Positions 30,932-39,331 of a stretch of DNA of 64,000 nucleotides are shown piece after piece. This DNA is from an uncultured Bacteroidota bacterium (lineage in GTDB: Bacteria; Bacteroidota; Bacteroidia; Bacteroidales; GCA-2748055). Under the pieces are notes generated by a model that saw nothing but the letters and a program-made list of their open reading frames with translations, searched no databases and was not told the origin of the DNA. The position numbers and the translations under genes were made by a program. The stretch is taken from the NCBI GenBank assembly GCA_963783435.1, contig CAWANQ010000013.1, forward strand, positions 7,426-71,425, in the 5' to 3' direction. The stretch's first letter is position 1. The number at the start of each line of letters is the position of its first letter.

Positions 30932-31843
30932 TTAAAGGGGAGAGTCGTCGTTCTCTATATTGCGGTTGAAGAAGCGCTGTGTGGGATAGGCAAATTCAAT
31001 CTCACCCTGATTGGCAAATTCAGTCAGGATGTCCTCCCAGATGGCGTGTTCTGTGCCTCGTCTTTTGCGGGCATCACAGATGTATCGCAGGGTAAGCAGG
31101 ATGCCACTATCCTTTACCGAAGTATAGACGATGGGGGTCAGGTACTGGTAGAAAATCATGTACTTCTTACTGGCTTCTATGATTCGTTTTTCGGCATCGG
31201 CCGACAGACTTTCAGCATGTTCACTCAGGATGCCATTCAGCAGCTCTTTGGCCAACTTCCAGTCGCTTTCAAAGGTCAGAAGGATGGGCATCTCATTCCA
31301 GATAAACTCAAAGCCGGCACTGTAGTTGGATTGATTCTGGGTGAAGACGGTGCCATTGGGGACGTGGATCAGGCGGCCTGTGCTCTGATCGGCATCCACC
31401 CAGTTCCCAATCTCCAGGAGGGTAAACTGAAAAAGGCGCAGATCAATAACGTCCCCGGCGTTCTCCCCGATTTGAATGCGATCACCCACCACAAAAGGCT
31501 TGCGGGTGAGAATAAAGATCCAGCCTGCTATGTTGGTCAGAGGATCCTTCAGGGCGATGGCCAGACCCGCAGTAAGCAGACCCAGAAAGGCGCCAAATTC
31601 ACCTATGGCCTTGACCCAAACACTGGCAATCAGAATAAGGGTTAAAAGTCCAATGGTAAAGGAGGTGGAGCGCTTCCAGGAATAACGGGTTTTTGGATCT
31701 TCTGTCAATCTCCAGACCACCTTCAGTAAGGTATAGCGAATGATTCCCAGAACCACCAGAATGACAATGGAATAGAAAACCTTGGTCTGGTTGGCAGGAC
31801 TCATGCCTATGGAGCTCTCGAGAAAGCTGGAAATCTGATTCAT
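30932..31843 (-). CDS. Mechanosensitive ion channel (MscS family)
   Basis: 303 aa with N-terminal TM helices. The MscS beta-domain pattern RKPFVVGDRIQIGENAGDVIDLRLFQFTLLE is present. Confidence 0.75.
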   Translation of the reverse strand: MNQISSFLESSIGMSPANQTKVFYSIVILVVLGIIRYTLLKVVWRLTEDPKTRYSWKRSTSFTIGLLTLILIASVWVKAIGEFGAFLGLLTAGLAIALKDPLTNIAGWIFILTRKPFVVGDRIQIGENAGDVIDLRLFQFTLLEIGNWVDADQSTGRLIHVPNGTVFTQNQSNYSAGFEFIWNEMPILLTFESDWKLAKELLNGILSEHAESLSADAEKRIIEASKKYMIFYQYLTPIVYTSVKDSGILLTLRYICDARKRRGTEHAIWEDILTEFANQGEIEFAYPTQRFFNRNIENDDSPL

Positions 31844-31885
31844 ATTCGAAGGTGAAGGATCTTACCTAAAAGTAATGAATATATT

Positions 31886-32866
31886 TTAAATACGGGCAAG
31901 GGCCATGGTGCTTGCATGAAGGGAAATGGTGATAAAGAGATATAGATTTCTTGCTGCTTCAGGAGAGAGTTTCAGAAAGCGGTATTTGATTGCCTTGGAA
32001 TGACAGGATGCAACACAATCTCCGCACAGGGTACAGGTCAGACCGGGCTTGCGTTTTAAAATATCCGATCTGTTCAGGGCATCGTATTTACAGTGCCTGG
32101 TGCAGGCCAAACAATCGGTGCAGCTGTTGTCGTCGATAAACATCCTGAAAGGATTGACAAAGCGGGTTAGATTTACAAGGGTGCCGATGGGACAATAGGC
32201 AGTACAGTGAACCATCCGGCCCTCTTTCCGGCTGATCAACAAAATAATACCAAGCCCCAAAAGGCCAAACCCGGCTGCAATCAGGGTGGCTGTAAGAACG
32301 GGAACTTTCATCCATCGCAGGGTTATAGCCGACGTCACCACAAGAATTAAAACTGTGAATTTAAGAGCCCATTTGTGTCGCATGGGGGTGCGATTGGTTT
32401 TGCCTCCTGCAGACAGAGAATCGATGGCGCCAAAATAGCAAAGGTGGCTGCACCAGGCCGGACCGGAGAGGATTACGGTACTCAGAAAGAGGATGGTCAT
32501 TACAGATGGATGCCCCCTGTAGATGGGCCCTCCCAGGATCATCATGGGAATCGGCAGGTGAAGTTTACCTGTCATCAGAAACTTCTCAAATCCGGATAGC
32601 CCCAGGACTAATTGTGAAAAGAAGACCACGGAAAAAGCAAACCAGGTATATTTTCGCCATTGATGTACCTTTTTGGGAGACTGCATGTGGTAGGCCACGA
32701 TGGCGCCATAGAGGCCTATGATCCCTATCTCGAACCATCCACCTCCTTTGATGAATCGCTCTGCCAACAACATGGGATTATCCACCTTCAACTGGACAAA
32801 AGTGAGTAAGAAGAGGGTAAACAGAAATACCAGCAGAGGCAGCCTGAGTTTTTTTCCCGAGGTCAT
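31886..32866 (-). CDS. Membrane-bound polyferredoxin (NapH/MauN-like 4Fe-4S binding protein)
   Basis: Multiple TM helices and Cys clusters (CSHLCYFG, CTAYCPIG, CTDCLACTRHC, CTLCGDCVASC). I chose the start at MTSGKKLRLPLL. Confidence 0.65.
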   Translation of the reverse strand: MTSGKKLRLPLLVFLFTLFLLTFVQLKVDNPMLLAERFIKGGGWFEIGIIGLYGAIVAYHMQSPKKVHQWRKYTWFAFSVVFFSQLVLGLSGFEKFLMTGKLHLPIPMMILGGPIYRGHPSVMTILFLSTVILSGPAWCSHLCYFGAIDSLSAGGKTNRTPMRHKWALKFTVLILVVTSAITLRWMKVPVLTATLIAAGFGLLGLGIILLISRKEGRMVHCTAYCPIGTLVNLTRFVNPFRMFIDDNSCTDCLACTRHCKYDALNRSDILKRKPGLTCTLCGDCVASCHSKAIKYRFLKLSPEAARNLYLFITISLHASTMALARI

Positions 32867-32873
32867 TTCTGAA

Positions 32874-33092
32874 TCAATCAAACAGCGTTTTAACGGGATA
32901 TCCTGATTCACGTTCTGCCGCCTTGAGCACATAAATGATAACCCTCCAGTCGTTGCTGTGCTTATCCATGGAATCCCCCGGTTTCATATCCAGGCGAAGC
33001 ACTTCATGGTTGTCAAAACTAAACAGCTTCCATGCTTCGAGGAATAGTGGCAGCTTTTCGGCCACTCCGGTGTCAATTGTCTGGTGATACAA
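32874..33092 (-). CDS. Small hypothetical protein (72 aa, cupin-like fragment)
   Basis: The ORF sits between the two Fe-S genes with 17-nt and 7-nt gaps. LRLDMKPGDSMDKHSNDWRVIIYVLK resembles the first half of a small cupin. It is short for a complete cupin. Confidence 0.35.
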   Translation of the reverse strand: MYHQTIDTGVAEKLPLFLEAWKLFSFDNHEVLRLDMKPGDSMDKHSNDWRVIIYVLKAAERESGYPVKTLFD

Positions 33093-33109
33093 TGCCGGTC
33101 GGTTTTAGA

Positions 33110-34018
33110 TTATACCCATTCTTCCTGGAGAATTTCGCCTTCAACTCCCACAATCACTGTTTTGACAGGAACTTTACGTTCGGCCTGACCGGCGGCAATT
33201 TTAACCATTTGCAGTAATCCACCACAACAGGGGACCTGCATCATCATCACTGTTAAGGTATTGATTTTTGCATCATCAATCAAATTTTTGATCTTCTCCA
33301 CATAACTATCCATACCTGAGTCCAGTTTTGGGCATGCAATGGCCAGGCTTTTGCCTTTCAGCCATTTGGAGTGGAAATTCCCCAGTGAAAAAGCCACGCA
33401 GTCGGCAGCCAGAACCAGGTCAGATTGTTGAAAATAGGAGGCGTTGGGATTGATCAGATGCATTTGTACGGGCCATTGCCTTAATTCCGATGATTGATCC
33501 ATTTGTGATCCGCCAGCCATGGAGAAACCTCCTGCAGCTATGGGGGCAGCCTGTCCGGTGGCCGCTTGGGGACTAAAACTTCTTGCTTCAGATCCTGCGC
33601 AGCCGCAGGCCAGTTGCTCCTCTTCTACTTTTGCATGATGTACTCTGTTCATAATTTCTTTGATATTTAAATCCAATTCTTCTTCATGATCCTTCAAATA
33701 CTGAACTCCCTCACGAAGGAACTCCATTTCATTGTGCTCCTTCAGGTGTTGAAGGTGTGCTACCACCGTATTCGCACCTTTACCCACCATGATCTCCATC
33801 ACTTTGGTCTCATTGTAGGATTCCGCTTCTCTTTCCTCAATGGTGATCGCACCCTGTGGACAATGTCCCAGGCAGGCACCCAGCCCATCACACATCAGGT
33901 CGCTGATCAAGCGGGCCTTCCCGTCAATCATCTGTAAAGCTCCTTCGTGACAATTGGGGATGCAGTTTCCGCAACCGTCACATAACTCTTCGTCGATTTT
34001 TACCATTTCCCGTATCAT
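33110..34018 (-). CDS. 4Fe-4S dicluster domain protein with a Cys-rich C-terminal domain
   Basis: 302 aa. Two ferredoxin motifs are present (CDGCGNCIPNC, CDGLGACLGHCP). The C-terminal region contains ACPKLD and QVPCCGG. Confidence 0.6.
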   Translation of the reverse strand: MIREMVKIDEELCDGCGNCIPNCHEGALQMIDGKARLISDLMCDGLGACLGHCPQGAITIEEREAESYNETKVMEIMVGKGANTVVAHLQHLKEHNEMEFLREGVQYLKDHEEELDLNIKEIMNRVHHAKVEEEQLACGCAGSEARSFSPQAATGQAAPIAAGGFSMAGGSQMDQSSELRQWPVQMHLINPNASYFQQSDLVLAADCVAFSLGNFHSKWLKGKSLAIACPKLDSGMDSYVEKIKNLIDDAKINTLTVMMMQVPCCGGLLQMVKIAAGQAERKVPVKTVIVGVEGEILQEEWV

Positions 34019-34023
34019 AGCTG

Positions 34024-34072
34024 AAAGTGTAAAGTGTAAAGTGTATAGTATAAAGTGTAAAGTATAAAGTGA
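34024..34072. repeat. Heptanucleotide tandem repeat, (AAAGTGT)-like x7, directly upstream of the Fe-S gene start
   Basis: Read directly: aaagtgt aaagtgt aaagtgt atagtat aaagtgt aaagtat aaagtga. The + strand is C-free from 34022 to 34076. Confidence 0.9.
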
Positions 34073-34119
34073 TTAACTTTTGTTGGAACAAAGATGGGGA
34101 CAGGAAGGGGATTTTTGTG

Positions 34120-34133
34120 GTAACATATGTTAC
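34120..34133. promoter_or_regulatory. Perfect 14-bp palindrome GTAAC-ATAT-GTTAC, candidate CRP/FNR-family (HcpR-like) operator
   Basis: This is a perfect inverted repeat in the divergent intergenic region. It lies about 108 nt upstream of the Fe-S gene ATG. A -7-like box, CATCTTTG on the minus strand (34089-34096), lies about 35-40 nt from the palindrome centre. Confidence 0.45.
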
Positions 34134-34210
34134 AAGATCTGCGTTTAATAAGTCAATAAATTAATCTGGAAATGATTTTCTATATTTGGCTGTCCTATAA
34201 ATTCCATACC

Positions 34211-34981
34211 ATGTTGTTGTTTAATAGCGGTAAGAGGATCTCTTCCCGAATATTTTTTGTGATTTTTTTGCTTCTACAAACGGGGATTTTCTTCTCCTGT
34301 GAAAAAAGCGAGGGAAGGGGAGGCACCGGTTCCATTTCGGGTGTTGTTGTGGAACAATTTTACAACGATGATTATTCAGACCTCATCTATGAGAGACCTG
34401 CTGTGGACGAGGAGATATTTATGCTATACGGCAATAATGCAGAGGTGGGCGCTTCTGTCGAAACGGCCATGAATGGGGAGTTTAGATTTAAATATCTCTA
34501 TCCAGGATCCTATACCGTATATTTTCAGACTGAAGATTCGACATCAGCCTTTGATGAAGACACTGAACAGGTAGTGCAGGTGGAGCTGGCTAAGGGAGAA
34601 GATCTTGACCTGGGAGAGTTGGTAAAACTATCCTCACTGGATTATGACGATGGTGCCGCAACCATAAGGGGTGTGGTCAGGGTGATCAAGTATGATAAGG
34701 CATCGGTTTGGCCCAATCTGGTGATTGAGTACATCGATTTTGCTTATGAACAGGAAGTCTATCTGACTTATGGAAATCATACTTTCTATGACAAGAGGAT
34801 TCGGACCCAGCACGATGGCTCCTTTGAATTTTCAGGTCTGATTCCCGGGAAATACCTGATTGTTCTCTATTCCGAAGATGTGAAAAGGGAGAAAGGAACG
34901 GTGCCTGTAAAACTGGAAGTTACCATCACAGAAATGGATGAGCTAGTGGAACTTGGCGAAATTACAATCGAAAAAATTTAA
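34211..34981 (+). CDS. Lipoprotein with two carboxypeptidase-regulatory-like (prealbumin-fold) domains
   Basis: Lipobox-like GIFFSC. Two units match the pattern ISGVV...NGEFRFKYLYPGSYTVYF and IRGVV...DGSFEFSGLIPGKYLIVLY. Confidence 0.5.
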   Translation: MLLFNSGKRISSRIFFVIFLLLQTGIFFSCEKSEGRGGTGSISGVVVEQFYNDDYSDLIYERPAVDEEIFMLYGNNAEVGASVETAMNGEFRFKYLYPGSYTVYFQTEDSTSAFDEDTEQVVQVELAKGEDLDLGELVKLSSLDYDDGAATIRGVVRVIKYDKASVWPNLVIEYIDFAYEQEVYLTYGNHTFYDKRIRTQHDGSFEFSGLIPGKYLIVLYSEDVKREKGTVPVKLEVTITEMDELVELGEITIEKI

Positions 34982-35001
34982 TAACTTCGTAAATAAAAAA
35001 A

Positions 35002-35418
35002 ATGAAAAACAGACATCTATCCATCCTCATCCTACTTCTGGTTTCAGTTACTGTCATTTCAGCCCAGGGTAGCAAAACCATCCGGGAGAAGAAAATCACG
35101 ACCATTACTGTTCATGAGTACTTTATTGAAGAGGGTTATAACGAACCCGTGGTAGAATCCATTGAAACATTCAATGAAGCCGGGGATAGAGTGGAAATCA
35201 AGGAGTTCAATAAAGCTGGAGAAGTGAAAAGATGGGAAAAGTATGTTTACAATGAGGATAGAGATCTGGTGGAGGAGATTTTTCTGGATGCCAAGGGAAA
35301 AGTAACCCTTACAGAGAAAAATATCTATGAGGATGGACTGAGGATCGAGAAACAATATCTCAATCCAAAGGGTAAAATGATCAAGAAAAAGGAATATATA
35401 TATGAGCATCGCCAATGA
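35002..35418 (+). CDS. Secreted hypothetical protein (138 aa, short Lys/Glu-rich repeat units)
   Basis: It has a signal peptide and internally repetitive E/K-rich beta-hairpin-like units. Its stop overlaps the VTC gene start by 17 nt. Confidence 0.45.
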   Translation: MKNRHLSILILLLVSVTVISAQGSKTIREKKITTITVHEYFIEEGYNEPVVESIETFNEAGDRVEIKEFNKAGEVKRWEKYVYNEDRDLVEEIFLDAKGKVTLTEKNIYEDGLRIEKQYLNPKGKMIKKKEYIYEHRQ

Positions 35419-36172
35419 GGTGGATGGAATCTTGGTGGATTTTGAGAGTCTCAGTCTGGAAGAGATACAGAAGGCCAGTCTTTTAAGGAGAAAGGACCGG
35501 AAATATATTTTCAGCACAAACTTTCTGCCAGATATCCTGAAACAGGTGTCTGGGTATTATCGGGTGCTTGAAATCAATGGCAAGCGATCACAATTCTACC
35601 GCACTCACTATTACGATACCCCGGAACTGGAGATGTACCACAAACATCACCGGGGATTTTCCAGCCGTCATAAAGTGAGGATCAGAGAGTATACCGCATC
35701 TGATCTAAGATTCCTTGAGGTGAAGAGAAAAAATGCCAAGGGAGTCACCAATAAAAAGAGGATTCAGACTTCCGGAATGGATCATTCTGATCTTTCAAAG
35801 CAGAGCTTGTTCCTGGAAACCAATTCCCCTTATCGTTCCGAAGGAGTCGCATTTACCCTTGAAAATGAGTTTAACCGACTTACACTGGTCAGTCACAATC
35901 AGTCAGAACGCGTTACCCTGGACTATCAACTGAAGTTTTCTGGAATTGATGAAGAAACAAAGGTGGATCTGCCCGGAGTGTGTGTGGCAGAAATTAAATA
36001 TGAGGGCCACCTGTCGGGTTCAATGATTCATAAAGTATTGCGGCAGTCAAAAATTGCACCACGCCGGTTCAGCAAATATGCCATAGGTATGGCCCTGTTG
36101 CACCCAGGCCTTAAACAGAACAGGTTTAAAGCAAAGGTGCGCAGTTTACATCAAATAAACAGTGAGTTTTAA
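35402..36172 (+). CDS. VTC-domain (polyphosphate-polymerase-like, CYTH/triphosphate-tunnel fold) protein
   Basis: 256 aa. RKDRKYIF, THYYDTPELEMYHKHHRG, HKVRIREY and FLEVKRKNAKGVTNKKR match the bacterial VTC domain pattern (PF09359). Confidence 0.7.
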   Translation: MSIANEVDGILVDFESLSLEEIQKASLLRRKDRKYIFSTNFLPDILKQVSGYYRVLEINGKRSQFYRTHYYDTPELEMYHKHHRGFSSRHKVRIREYTASDLRFLEVKRKNAKGVTNKKRIQTSGMDHSDLSKQSLFLETNSPYRSEGVAFTLENEFNRLTLVSHNQSERVTLDYQLKFSGIDEETKVDLPGVCVAEIKYEGHLSGSMIHKVLRQSKIAPRRFSKYAIGMALLHPGLKQNRFKAKVRSLHQINSEF

Positions 36173-36195
36173 ATTAACCAAAAATCTTCAACACC

Positions 36196-36861
36196 ATGCC
36201 TGAATTTCTGAATATTGAGCTGATGAACTGGGAGGACTTCCTGGACCTGGTTCTTAGAAGTATTTTTAATCTTGGGGTTGTTCTATACATTGTCAGGTAT
36301 CTATATTATAAAACCACACCCAGAAAAGATTACCTCTTTACCTATATCCTGCTCAGTCAGGTGATCTTTTTTATCCTCTTCCTGCTGGAAAATGTGAATG
36401 TGGATATGGGATTCGCCCTTGGGCTCTTTGCTATTTTTGGTATCATCAGGTACCGCACCCGTCAGATTCCCATAAGGGAGATGACCTACCTTTTCCTTGT
36501 TATCGGCATTACGGTGATCAATTCCCTGGCCAACAGGAAGGTGAGTTATGCCGAACTTCTGCTCACCAATGTAGCCATTCTGGTACTTACCCACCTTCTT
36601 GAAAAGGTATTCCTTCTGAAACATGAAGCAAAAAGAGAGATTATTTATGAGAATGTGGAGTTAATCAAGCCCCAGCACAGGACCACTTTGGTGAAGGATC
36701 TTGAAGAGCGGACAGGGCTCAAGATCAACCGGGTGGAGATTGGAAGGGTAGATTACCTGAGAGATTCCGTGAGACTCCTTGTTTTCTTCTTTGAAAGAGA
36801 TGGCTGGACTCAGTCTGTTGGAGATGTTGATCAGAGAGATGAAGGGGATGACGACGATTAA
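36196..36861 (+). CDS. DUF4956 family membrane protein
   Basis: 221 aa with 4-5 TM helices, a soluble C-terminal domain and an acidic tail (DEGDDDD). I recognise DUF4956 as the usual partner of bacterial VTC-domain genes. Confidence 0.6.
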   Translation: MPEFLNIELMNWEDFLDLVLRSIFNLGVVLYIVRYLYYKTTPRKDYLFTYILLSQVIFFILFLLENVNVDMGFALGLFAIFGIIRYRTRQIPIREMTYLFLVIGITVINSLANRKVSYAELLLTNVAILVLTHLLEKVFLLKHEAKREIIYENVELIKPQHRTTLVKDLEERTGLKINRVEIGRVDYLRDSVRLLVFFFERDGWTQSVGDVDQRDEGDDDD

Positions 36862-37540
36862 GCCATCTGCGGTTTTTCAACTGATTTGTGTTGTTGTTTT
36901 AATGCTGGTGGCCAAGGGATTGTATGGTCAGCAGAAGGATTTTGGCTCCTGGTGGGAGTTTGAAATGAGCGGACGATTGAAAAACGATCTCAAGCTCAGC
37001 GGTGAGCTGGAACAAAGGTTTAAAGAGAATAGCCTGCAATTTGACCGCACCCTTATAACATTGGCAGGAGATTACAATGTAACTGATTATCTCAACCTGG
37101 CTGCAGGAATCAGAACCATTTTCATTACAGATCCAGAAAGCCGACTCCATACCAGGTTCAGGCTCCATACAGATGCCACGGGGCATTATGATTTTGACAG
37201 GACTGAACTTTCCTTCAGACTGAGGTTTCAGTATGGGTTTGAAGATATTTTATTTATCGGCTATTTCAGTGAGAATAATTTTGTAAGCAGGCAGAGGATC
37301 AAGGTAGCTCATGATTTTTTTGGGACCCGCCTGGGGATTTATGGTTCGCTGGAGAATTGGATTCGTTTTACCGACCGTTATGGAAGACCTCTGTATAAAA
37401 TTCGCGTGGTTGCCGGGACTCAGTATAACCTGGGAAGGCAATCAAGGATAAGCCTTAGATATATTTTTGAAAATGAATTTAACAGGGTGAATCCCCCTCA
37501 AATTCATGTGCTTGCCCTGGGCTACTCCTATCGCTTTTAA
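36839..37540 (+). CDS. DUF2490-like outer-membrane beta-barrel protein
   Basis: It has a signal peptide and alternating beta-strand patterns, and ends in an aromatic residue (LGYSYRF). Its start overlaps the DUF4956 stop. Confidence 0.5.
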   Translation: MKGMTTIKPSAVFQLICVVVLMLVAKGLYGQQKDFGSWWEFEMSGRLKNDLKLSGELEQRFKENSLQFDRTLITLAGDYNVTDYLNLAAGIRTIFITDPESRLHTRFRLHTDATGHYDFDRTELSFRLRFQYGFEDILFIGYFSENNFVSRQRIKVAHDFFGTRLGIYGSLENWIRFTDRYGRPLYKIRVVAGTQYNLGRQSRISLRYIFENEFNRVNPPQIHVLALGYSYRF

Positions 37541-37541
37541 T

Positions 37542-39191
37542 CTATTGTTTGAGAAGTTTGGTGATCTCCCTGAGGGAGTGTCCGTCGGTGACTTCCAGGG
37601 TATAAATCCCCGAGGGCAAGGAAGATAGATCGGGGAGCGGAAAAGCATATTCAGATCCACTATAGGAAATGGTGCTTTGATACACTTTTTTTCCACTCAG
37701 ATCGTATAGAGTGATGGAGAGTTCCGATGCTGAAGAATGGGAGAGGGAAAGGTAAGTATGTGAAAGGTCGGATGGATTTGGAAAGACCTTTAGCCTCGGA
37801 TCAGGTAAAAGCTGCGTAGCCTGGTCAGAAGCAACAAGGCACATGCCTCCCCACCGTTCGTTCATCCAGTTCAGTCGGTCCCCAATCCAGTCTCTCAGGA
37901 AATTTATCTCATGTTCATAGTTGGTTCCTACGAAACTGTTTGGCCATACATAGGTTCCCAGTATGGGCCAGCGTTCAAAGTTCCTGGAGGTGGCTTCGTC
38001 AAGTGCCAGGTACGTGCTGTCAATCATGGCACTCATGCTTTCAGGGCTTAGTACCGTTGTATAGAGTTCATCCCAACGGCAGTAGAGCTGGTTGGAAAAC
38101 CACGGATCCTGCATAGCCCTGTCCCACCAGTAGATAGCAATCCGGTGGGGATGAATCCAATATTCAGGTAGGTGAAAGTCCGTAGTAAAATCGCTATTCC
38201 CAAATGTGAGGTTATAGTCCCAGGGCGGACCACTTACCAACATTCCTCCCTTTGAATCTTTTTGTTTGTAGAAATAGTGACTCAGACGAAAAGCGTCCAC
38301 ATCTTTGGTGAACTCATTGAGAATCATCAGATCGACAAAGGAGGGAACATCCAGATAGGAGCGGTAGCCTGTGGCCGGGTCCATGAAGTTGTCACCTACA
38401 AGAACCTCGTCAAACTCCTTTAAATACCCTTTGACATAGTCTCGCTGAGCAAATGTGAGCTCATAGTAATCCGGATCAAAAAATTGATAAATGATTTTAT
38501 TTTTCTCCGGGAAAAGTGGATTTACGGTGGATTCCCAGTATTCATTGGGTTCCATGTCAGAAATTTTATCTATTCTGAGCAGGTATCCTCCCGAAATATC
38601 CTCAGCTGTGGTATCCTTAGGGGTAATCTTGGCAATATCAACCCGATTTTTATCCCTTTTGATCTTTTCAGTAAGTACGTAAAGCCCCTGAAAATCGCCA
38701 TTCAGGATCACCTCCACAAACCTGGTACGGGGTGAGTAATGACCGAATTTCTCAAAAAGCCGGTAAGAGAGAACATTTCTCATGAGGCTTTTATCTCCAT
38801 AAGGTGCATAGAGGACAAAATCATTCTCTTCGGGCAAACCGAGTAAAGAGACATTGTTGTTGTCTCCACTGCTGGTTTGCGTTTCAATGCTAAAGGATTT
38901 TTTATCATAGAGATCCAGAGAAGATTCACCCCTGAGCTCAATGGAGATCTGTCCGTCATATTCAGAATAGGAATCTACCAGTTTGTTATAGGTTCCTGTT
39001 GCATTGTGGATCAGTCCCATATGGGCAACAATTCTGGGTTCATCCGGAATTTCCAAACCCTGGGTGTTGATGATCAGAAGAGGGAGCAGCGTGCTGTCAC
39101 TCCAGGTTGTTTCGTGGACCTGCTGCGAAACCATCAACTGGGGGAAGGCCAATAAGCCAGCAAAAATGATGCGAGTGAAAACAGGTCTCAT
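37542..39191 (-). CDS. CotH kinase-family protein with a T9SS type-A C-terminal sorting domain
   Basis: 549 aa with a signal peptide. The CotH-like core includes KKSFSIE, LMRNVLSYRLFEKFGHYSPRTRFVEVILNGDFQGLYVLTEKIK and DVDAFRLSHYFY. The C-terminus is KVFPNPSD...LPSGIYTLEV. Confidence 0.7.
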   Translation of the reverse strand: MRPVFTRIIFAGLLAFPQLMVSQQVHETTWSDSTLLPLLIINTQGLEIPDEPRIVAHMGLIHNATGTYNKLVDSYSEYDGQISIELRGESSLDLYDKKSFSIETQTSSGDNNNVSLLGLPEENDFVLYAPYGDKSLMRNVLSYRLFEKFGHYSPRTRFVEVILNGDFQGLYVLTEKIKRDKNRVDIAKITPKDTTAEDISGGYLLRIDKISDMEPNEYWESTVNPLFPEKNKIIYQFFDPDYYELTFAQRDYVKGYLKEFDEVLVGDNFMDPATGYRSYLDVPSFVDLMILNEFTKDVDAFRLSHYFYKQKDSKGGMLVSGPPWDYNLTFGNSDFTTDFHLPEYWIHPHRIAIYWWDRAMQDPWFSNQLYCRWDELYTTVLSPESMSAMIDSTYLALDEATSRNFERWPILGTYVWPNSFVGTNYEHEINFLRDWIGDRLNWMNERWGGMCLVASDQATQLLPDPRLKVFPNPSDLSHTYLSLSHSSASELSITLYDLSGKKVYQSTISYSGSEYAFPLPDLSSLPSGIYTLEVTDGHSLREITKLLKQ

Positions 39192-39331
39192 AGATGATTG
39201 ATACGCGTGTTTAGGGAAATGGATACGTTTTTTTTTGCTGATTCATTAAAGAGCGGACAAAGATATGCTTTGAATGCATGTATTCGCCATGGAAGTAAAC
39301 ATTTTCTGTTTGGATAGGTTTATTATGAGAG

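Noticed and set aside
32874-33092. The idea that the 72-aa cupin-like ORF and the polyferredoxin are one frameshifted gene
   Set aside because: The polyferredoxin has its own plausible start (MTSGKKLRLPLL) followed by a TM helix 7 nt after the small ORF's stop. Cupin and NapH-like modules are not normally fused. The small ORF is kept as a separate low-confidence CDS.
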